A stretch of DNA of 64,000 nt from Blepharisma stoltei ATCC 30299 (lineage: Eukaryota; Protista; Ciliophora), in the NCBI GenBank assembly GCA_965603825.1, contig CBFDEM010000041.1, positions 496,001 to 560,000 on the forward strand, written 5' to 3'. The notes beneath the pieces are model-generated. The model had not been told where the DNA came from and searched no databases. It saw nothing but the letters and a program-made list of their open reading frames with translations. Below, one piece after another: positions 58,401-64,000 of this stretch (positions are counted from its first letter, which is position 1; the number at the start of each line of letters is the position of its first letter). A program made the translations under genes and the position numbers.

Positions 58401-60017
58401 TATAAAGAAGAACACAGAAGAGTTACTGAAGAAAATGAAGAATTGGCCCAAGAAAAATCGTTTATGAATAAAGAAAAAATAAACTTTGAAACAAATTATA
58501 TAAGCTCTAAAGAAGAAAATGATAAACTAAGCCAACAGGTTGTAGAACTAAGTATACAAGTTGTGAAACTCAGAGAAGAAAAAGAATCAAGAGTTAATGA
58601 TTTAACTAATGAAATCAAGCATTTAGAATCAGAGCTTTTCCAAGAAGAAAAAAATAGAGAAGCTTTATTAGAAAAAATAGAAATTTTAACTGAAGACCTC
58701 ACAAATGCCCAGGCAAACGCAAATCATTATCAGCAGCTAAGCATCAGCTTGTCCCAAAAAAACGCCGAGTTTACTTCCGAGATCTCCAAACTCCGAGACT
58801 CTCCCAAAGAAATTTTAGAATCCCTCGAATACGAACTTCAAGCTGCTCGAGAAGAAATCGCCACGCTAAAAGAAGAAAACCATACAAAAATGGAAATTCT
58901 TAAAAGTACCAACAAAAATATCCTATCCACAAGAAATGAAATCAATATGTGGAAAAAGTGCATTGACGAAAAAAACCAAACAATTCAAGATTTAAGGCTA
59001 GAAATAAGGCGACGAGAAGAAGGAAACTATAAACAGCTCAATTCTTTCCAAATGAAAGCGTCTGATGTATCATATGACAGTCTCACAGACGAAAATGAAA
59101 TTAAATACTGGAAGCAAAAGGTGCAAATCAAAGATAAAGAGCTAAAAGAACTGAAGGAAAAAGGGCAGGAATATTATTCACAGGCTGATGAAGCAATGGA
59201 AATCCAAAGAAAAGAAATTGAAGTGTTGACAAAAAAATATAATGGAGCCATTTCAGATGTAAAAAAAGCAAAAGAGGATTTAAAGGCAAGCCTGCAAGAT
59301 AGAGAAACAATGCTGGAAGAAATTAAAAGACTGAGAAGTGAAGAGTATAAAAATTTCAAAGAAAATGAGGAATTAAGAAATTCGCTGTCACAGGCAAGGG
59401 AAGAAAAAAATAGGCTTATGAGGGATATAGAAATTTTAAATAAAGAAAATGATAGGCTGCTTGGAAATGGGGAAAGCAGCTTAAGAGGAAAAGGGATTGG
59501 AAAAGATGGGATTTCTTTGATAAAAATAAATCAGAGGTTAACAGAAGAGCTGAAACTGAAAGGGGAGCAGGTTGAAAACTTGCAAAAGAAGTTTATGGAT
59601 TTATCCAAAAAAATATCAGACCCGAATAATCTAAAGACTGGGCAGCAAGAAGAAATCCAGAACTTAACTGAAGGCTTGGCAAGAATTACAGATTTTGTTT
59701 TTTCTTTGCCAATTGTAAATTCTAACCCTGAAGAAACTAATATAGTAGAAAGTACTATAAAAGCAATAGCAGGTATCTATGAGGCTTTACAAGAAAAGCA
59801 AAGAGAATTAAATCTGTCTCAAAGGGGCATTCGGCACGATGAACATAGTAGGCATGAGCCTTTTGGGACCTCCCAAATAAATAAGCCTGCTTATAAAAGC
59901 CCAATAGCCCAATATCATGCATTACTAAATGCGTCTTCAATAAAGCCTGGCGAACTACTATCGCCCTCAGAAATGCCAAAAGTACGGAGCTCCTCAAGGC
60001 AGAAATTTAATTTATAA
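55419..60017 (+). CDS. KIF15: Kinesin-12 / KIF15-like motor
   Basis: N-terminal motor (AYGQTGAGKT, SSRSH, DLAGSERQK, RHVHYRDSKLTFLLKDSLGGN), KM.LKFR...I.RL, NP..ARL..EN, long coiled coil. Confidence 0.88.
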   Translation: MADLKDNVKVALRIRPLNSREQQESGKKCVTVHEFQNSISLETRPEPKIFTYDYVADEYVTQEQIFDAVGKPIAKSSLSGYNGTIFAYGQTGAGKTFTIQGLGIEEFSSDFEKHEMYNFRGLLPRCFEFIFHEVNQEMKNSNCEYLIKCSYLEIYQEQINDLLDPSFESLQIREDMKRGVYVEGLIEETVINAFETYELLRVGTQNRHVGSTSMNKESSRSHSVFTLLIESKHSVDGLVNFRSSRFHLIDLAGSERQKATDAAGDRLKEAGMINKSLSALGNVINSLVDISEGKSRHVHYRDSKLTFLLKDSLGGNSKTYIVANISPAAGAFAETLSTLKFAQRAKQIKNTAVVNEDTSGSLVLLREEIKRLKEDLVQAKNIAEQAVINCPRCANKDFVPGLKGITPNERISQLELLLEHNIRLRQESVSELEKQINEKDKQIQSLNIAISKYERKITNDKMVLKFRDSTISRLQGQPVSEEDSELENLKKENEMLREQIESNPIAARLFVENDILQKENDYLKQELANGPSSIAMRLEEEAKFTQELREALRESTLEKENLKALIADLQAKSKENQAPQIKINENQGFLQIKNTEEDIFISSHKKSIDEDFLTTPHKRSIDDEKLYTPKRRSIDEERQAYTISPRLNNEDEITKVKLEYGEKISELNEQLLEAKSAKSKEMLELKDKNILLEIKIAELQRELDTLKINSKEKVDEDLVASASQIDEILKTVNEQQMSLQAEYLQRVESEGHLKEEVEKIKKIKEELENECKVLKKKIEKDEVERETIGTLVEEREGITIEINNLKSELGELRSTAEAAQRLGILEQELLFEKAKREEKENELKNALQDIENLGESFEYLKANIEENKKTIASKDAKIAELKQDISRLEAFRENQDQLISSFKSNKDPSESISEIEPLKNRIFELEQEKDSISRMFTEASLQMQELKNSHIELKKQEDASKQAMHEQQKYITTMKKEISGLEEKINAKKEKLKYYKEEHRRVTEENEELAQEKSFMNKEKINFETNYISSKEENDKLSQQVVELSIQVVKLREEKESRVNDLTNEIKHLESELFQEEKNREALLEKIEILTEDLTNAQANANHYQQLSISLSQKNAEFTSEISKLRDSPKEILESLEYELQAAREEIATLKEENHTKMEILKSTNKNILSTRNEINMWKKCIDEKNQTIQDLRLEIRRREEGNYKQLNSFQMKASDVSYDSLTDENEIKYWKQKVQIKDKELKELKEKGQEYYSQADEAMEIQRKEIEVLTKKYNGAISDVKKAKEDLKASLQDRETMLEEIKRLRSEEYKNFKENEELRNSLSQAREEKNRLMRDIEILNKENDRLLGNGESSLRGKGIGKDGISLIKINQRLTEELKLKGEQVENLQKKFMDLSKKISDPNNLKTGQQEEIQNLTEGLARITDFVFSLPIVNSNPEETNIVESTIKAIAGIYEALQEKQRELNLSQRGIRHDEHSRHEPFGTSQINKPAYKSPIAQYHALLNASSIKPGELLSPSEMPKVRSSSRQKFNL

Positions 60018-60080
60018 TCTAACTTGAATGTAAATCTTCACAAATTTTCTGTTCATTTCCATCATATTTTTCATAAAAAT

Positions 60081-61328
60081 ATGCAAGGCAACGCATTAAA
60101 TACAGCAATTGAGTATTTTTCAGACACCTTAAACAGAAAATCCGTAGCTTTGCAGTCACAAAATTTAAACACTTTTTTGACCTTATTATCCCAGCTTCTC
60201 CAACACAATAATCTGAAACTGAGAATTGACTTAAAAGTCTTAGGGAAAAATTGTTTGCATTGCGGGATGTACATCAAGCTAGAAAATTTAAAAAAAGCGA
60301 TCCCATTGCCGTGTAGTCCGCTAGAACATTTCTTTTGTGGAGCTGAGTGCCTCAAAAGGCATGCACTAATGTGCACTAATAATACACTACTGGAGCTAGA
60401 ATTCGTAAGATGTCCAGGATGCAGAAAGACGATTTCTTATGATATCATAAATGAAGCGTTCCAAGGAAGAATTCAGCAGCTGCAAAATGATGCGTGCGAC
60501 AGAGCTTTAAACATGCTTCTTGATGATGAAACCAAGGCCAAGATGAAACCAAAATTTACATGCCAAATTTGTTTTGGAGAATATGATATAGAAGAAGGGA
60601 TCACACTTGACTGCGATCATAGGTTTTGCATTAATTGCATTAAGATGCAGATAGAAATGCTTATAGACTCTGCACAAGTCAGTGATGAAAAATTAAAATG
60701 TCCCAATTGTCCTCAACCGATAAGTGTATATGAAATAGAAGAAATTGTGGGGCCAGAACTCTTTGAAAAATATGAGAAATTCAAGCTAAGAGGTCTGAGA
60801 TTGGATAAAAATGATGAAAATGGTATGATTTTTCATTGCTTAGGTGCTGATTGTGAATATATTTGTATTGTCGAAAAAGGAGAAACAGAGTTCGAGTGTC
60901 CTAGATGCAAATTTAAATGCTGTCCTTCATGTAAAGAAGACACTCATAAAGGAAGCACGTGTGAGGAATATAAGCAATGGAAAAAAGAAAACTCGGAAGC
61001 TGACAAATTATTTGATGAGTTAATAGAACAAGAAGGAATGCTGAAATGTCCAGAATGCGGAGCTGCAGTGCAAAGAATTTCTGGATGCCAATACATGGTA
61101 TGCTCTTCACCTCAGTGTCAAGGAAGAACTTATTTCTGCTATGATTGTGGAATTAAGCTAGCTGGAGATCATGCACCTCATGATTGCAAGCCGAGATGGA
61201 AAGCTAATCAACAGCCGCAGCAACCAGGGATTTTTGGAGGATTTGGTGGCATGGGATTTGGGAATATGTTTATTCAACCCCAACCTCTAAGGCCAAGAAA
61301 AATTCGAAGAAGAGGGAAAAGAAGGTAA
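60081..61328 (+). CDS. RBR (RING-IBR-RING) E3 ubiquitin ligase with an extra N-terminal RING-like finger
   Basis: CQIC...CDHRFC..C; IBR C....C...C..C....C..C....H....C; RING2 CPEC...VQRISGCQYMVC. ATG at 60081. Confidence 0.9.
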   Translation: MQGNALNTAIEYFSDTLNRKSVALQSQNLNTFLTLLSQLLQHNNLKLRIDLKVLGKNCLHCGMYIKLENLKKAIPLPCSPLEHFFCGAECLKRHALMCTNNTLLELEFVRCPGCRKTISYDIINEAFQGRIQQLQNDACDRALNMLLDDETKAKMKPKFTCQICFGEYDIEEGITLDCDHRFCINCIKMQIEMLIDSAQVSDEKLKCPNCPQPISVYEIEEIVGPELFEKYEKFKLRGLRLDKNDENGMIFHCLGADCEYICIVEKGETEFECPRCKFKCCPSCKEDTHKGSTCEEYKQWKKENSEADKLFDELIEQEGMLKCPECGAAVQRISGCQYMVCSSPQCQGRTYFCYDCGIKLAGDHAPHDCKPRWKANQQPQQPGIFGGFGGMGFGNMFIQPQPLRPRKIRRRGKRR

Positions 61329-61608
61329 AATAATTATATTTATATATTTTTAACAAATTATCTTCCATAGTTAGGCACATATGATAGCACAATACCTAAT
61401 AGCTTTTAAAGGGCTATAATTTTATAATTAATAATTATTAATACTGTGATTATTCGCTTATATATAAACAATGCTAAAAAGTCTTTTCTTAGCAAAAATT
61501 CCTTTGCTTTAATTAAGGGAGTTGCTAAAACTGTAACAGCTATTTTATCGAAAAAAATATTAGAAAAGCGTAACTTTAAATAAGACATAAAAATGGGGAA
61601 TTTATATA

Positions 61609-61655
61609 GAACTTGCCCGAGGATGGCGCTATTTGCGCCATCCTCGGGCAAGTTC
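61609..61655. repeat. Perfect 21-bp inverted repeat with 5-nt loop
   Basis: gaacttgcccgaggatggcgc-tattt-gcgccatcctcgggcaagttc. Confidence 0.97.
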
Positions 61656-61895
61656 GATACATTAGATTTTCTTTAATATTTTTAACATGTAAAATCTCTT
61701 AAGCACTTTATTAAATACTTTTGCTTCTAAATTCCTCTAGAAATTTTACATAAAAACGATTTCAAAACATTAAGCTTATCTTTCTTTCGAAATTCTCCCT
61801 ATTAACCTCTATTTAATAATATTAATACCATAAGAGAGCTTCAAGATCTAATATAATTGTATATGAAAAATAAATTCTAAGCTTATTTAAATAAA

Positions 61896-62642
61896 ATGTC
61901 AGAACCATTAGTTGAATCAATTTCTCGCGCACGAGTTGTTGAGTGCTCCCACGTGATAAATGACCAAATTCCTTTATGGCCAAGAAACCCATCAATGGTC
62001 CGCTGTCCATTTAACACTTATGAGAGAAGTGGCTTTTCTAATGAAATCTACACCTTGGCAGGTGGAACAGGTACGCATATCGATTCCCCAGCCCATTTCT
62101 TTGAGGGCAAGAAAACGATTTCTGATCTTCAGCCAAAAGAACTTGTTTCAAAAGGAGTTCTGATAGACGTAAAAGAAAAGTGCGACGAGGACAATGATTA
62201 CGAATTAACAGTTACAGACATAGTTGAATGGGAAAATAAGCATGGAAGAATCCCTGATAGGTCAATTGTTTGCATGAGAACTGGATGGGGAGCTAAATTT
62301 GGTCACCCAGAAGAGTATAAAAATCATGATGAGTCTGCAAAACACCCTTATTATCCTGGAGGAGTTATGAGATTCCCTGGGTTTTCAAAAGAAGCAGCTG
62401 AGTTTTTGTGCAGTCAAAGAAACATTAATGCGATTGGAATTGATACACTTTCTTTAGATCCTGGAAAATTGACCGATTTTGCTGTTCATAATGCAATCCT
62501 GGGGAGTGAGAAGTATCAGATAGAAAACCTGTACTTGGAAGATCTTCCAGAGAGCGGGTTTACAATGATCGCTTTGCCTCTTTTAATTGATCATGCTCCT
62601 GAATTGGCTGCAAGGGTTATCGCCATATTGGATTACAATTAA
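61896..62642 (+). CDS. Cyclase-family (kynurenine formamidase/isatin hydrolase-like) protein
   Basis: TGTHIDSPAHF, WE..HGRIP, RTGW, FPGFS.EAA.FL, IGIDTLSLD, IENL. Confidence 0.9.
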   Translation: MSEPLVESISRARVVECSHVINDQIPLWPRNPSMVRCPFNTYERSGFSNEIYTLAGGTGTHIDSPAHFFEGKKTISDLQPKELVSKGVLIDVKEKCDEDNDYELTVTDIVEWENKHGRIPDRSIVCMRTGWGAKFGHPEEYKNHDESAKHPYYPGGVMRFPGFSKEAAEFLCSQRNINAIGIDTLSLDPGKLTDFAVHNAILGSEKYQIENLYLEDLPESGFTMIALPLLIDHAPELAARVIAILDYN

Positions 62643-63530
62643 AGTACAGTTAATTCAAATTTATTAGGTCTATTTTTTAAATTTTCGCTTCTGGTATTAT
62701 TTCTACATGCAGAAAAGATTTTTCGATTATCTTAAATATTTATAAAATTTATCTCCAAAAAGTTATTTTTATTAAATATGCCAAATAAAGGAAATAGAGA
62801 AAACAATTTGGAAAGGAAAATTAGTATTGCCAGAAAGATCATATTCAAGCAAACACAAATTGATATGATTTTATCTAAAAAAATTTTTGAGACCACGTCT
62901 AACTCAAATAATCTTGAAAAAGAAAGTTATCTTAATAAATTGATTTCAAAGGACCTTCAAATCTCAAAGATCACCTTACAGAGGATTTGAAAAAAATTAT
63001 ATGCAACATAGTTTTATATTAAAAACAGCAAATCTAATAAATTTGGCATCAAGCTTCTCAATTAATCTGAGTTCGATTTTCAAACAAAGATTTAAACAAA
63101 ATAAAATTCCCTCAAGTAGAGTTGTCATATGGATTGTTTATTAGCACGAATTTCGAGTCAATTAATCTTTATGGAGTCAATTTCTGTATGGTTAATATTA
63201 TCCTTCAAATTTTAGGAGATGCAATATGATCGAAATAGAATTTGGAAAAAGATCCTGAGGACTGGGTTTGGTGGAAGATTGTTTATAATTACATACAGTA
63301 GGCATAAATCTTTTATATTAGTTGCTTAGATGGCATTGTGGAATCAATCAATTTTGCTCCAAAGGCGATTTTATTATTACTAAGAGTCAAAGCGATACAT
63401 ACAACCCACAAAAAGTTTAAGATAATGGCATTGCTAAGCAAGCATTATATTGTACTTTCATAACATTTTTACATTTATTAAATATTCTAGCTTATAATCG
63501 ATTTTGCTATTTATTTAATTAATTCTTAAA

Positions 63531-64000
63531 ATGTCAGAGCAGCAACTCTTTATATCAGCAGTTTACAAAGGAGATGTTTCTGATGTCTACAGGATTCTTC
63601 GTCGCACATCGATTGAACCCTTCAGCTGTAAAGACGTTAAAGGCTATACTGCACTTCACATTGGCAGCTTAAATGGAAATTTAGGACTTGTCGAGTTTTT
63701 GATTGACTATGTAATTTTTATTAAGATACGACAAACATATAGAGAAAATCAACTAAAAATTCTGACTCAATGATCAAACATCCCTACAGAAGAAGGGTTT
63801 ATTGCCTTGCACTTAGCGAGCTTCAAAGGTCACCATGTAAATCCTACTTAGAAAATATGTGAAAAATTAGTTGAAATTGGCTCGGATATACACAAAGTAA
63901 ATAACCAAGGACTTGGGATGATTCATGTTGCTGCCCAAGGAGACCAACCCTTAATTTTGGCTTATTTTAAAGAACGAGGACTAGATATTGAAAAAAGGGA
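63531..64000 (+). CDS. Ankyrin-repeat protein, 3'-partial (possibly ankyrin-DHHC palmitoyltransferase)
   Basis: GYTALHIGSLNG, GFIALHLASFKG, HVAAQGDQP; one TGA and two 15-nt introns; runs off the window. The DHHC domain is not visible. Confidence 0.8.
63711..63725 (+). other. Probable 15-nt intron without an in-frame stop
   Basis: gtaatttttattaag matches the consensus (GTAA, A10, AG) but keeps the frame open. Confidence 0.6.
63837..63851 (+). other. 15-nt spliceosomal intron
   Basis: gtaaatcctacttag; ends in in-frame TAG; the ankyrin repeat continues after it. Confidence 0.85.

Noticed and set aside
61640-61660. GTTCGA as a tRNA T-loop or Pol III B-box
   Set aside because: No cloverleaf or A-box; the bases belong to the hairpin arm.
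62778-63400. 70-aa ORF and downstream coding-like sequence
   Set aside because: Stops a few codons after the TGA, with no motif or convincing intron. It may be a relic but cannot be supported.
1-64000. Bacterial (Mycoplasma-like) or mitochondrial origin suggested by code 4; CRISPR arrays, rRNA or tRNA genes
   Set aside because: Gene content is nuclear eukaryotic with spliceosomal introns. I saw no repeat-spacer array, rRNA or tRNA cloverleaf.

Overview
AT-rich, very gene-dense eukaryotic DNA that reads as a ciliate somatic (macronuclear) contig. Two features are visible directly. First, TGA is read as Trp while TAA/TAG are stops: most fragmented ORFs in the supplied track join in frame across TGA at conserved Trp positions. 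Second, introns are tiny (15-16 nt, GT..AG, invariant A at position 10). This combination is the established signature of the heterotrich Blepharisma (inference, not a database match). After recoding there are about 36 protein genes, including UTP7/WDR46, an IQCB1-like protein, cytosolic carboxypeptidase, Unkempt-like, HOOK, MORN, SPT6, an MFS transporter, alkaline ceramidase, a nucleotidyltransferase, a 2073-aa Cys-rich membrane protein, TAD3, a tandem array of six AGC kinases plus a pseudogene, KIF15, an RBR ligase and a cyclase-family hydrolase. The top finding appears only with the correct code: SPT6 is fused to four CCHC zinc knuckles, RG repeats and a long GW/WG (Argonaute/Piwi-hook-like) tail, a candidate link between Pol II elongation and small-RNA-guided chromatin or DNA elimination. 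Also notable are a GC-rich perfect 21-bp hairpin, a decayed 14-3-3 pseudogene, strong gene-to-gene differences in TGA/TGG use, and an unnamed ~50-aa repeat. All product calls rest on motif recognition by eye.
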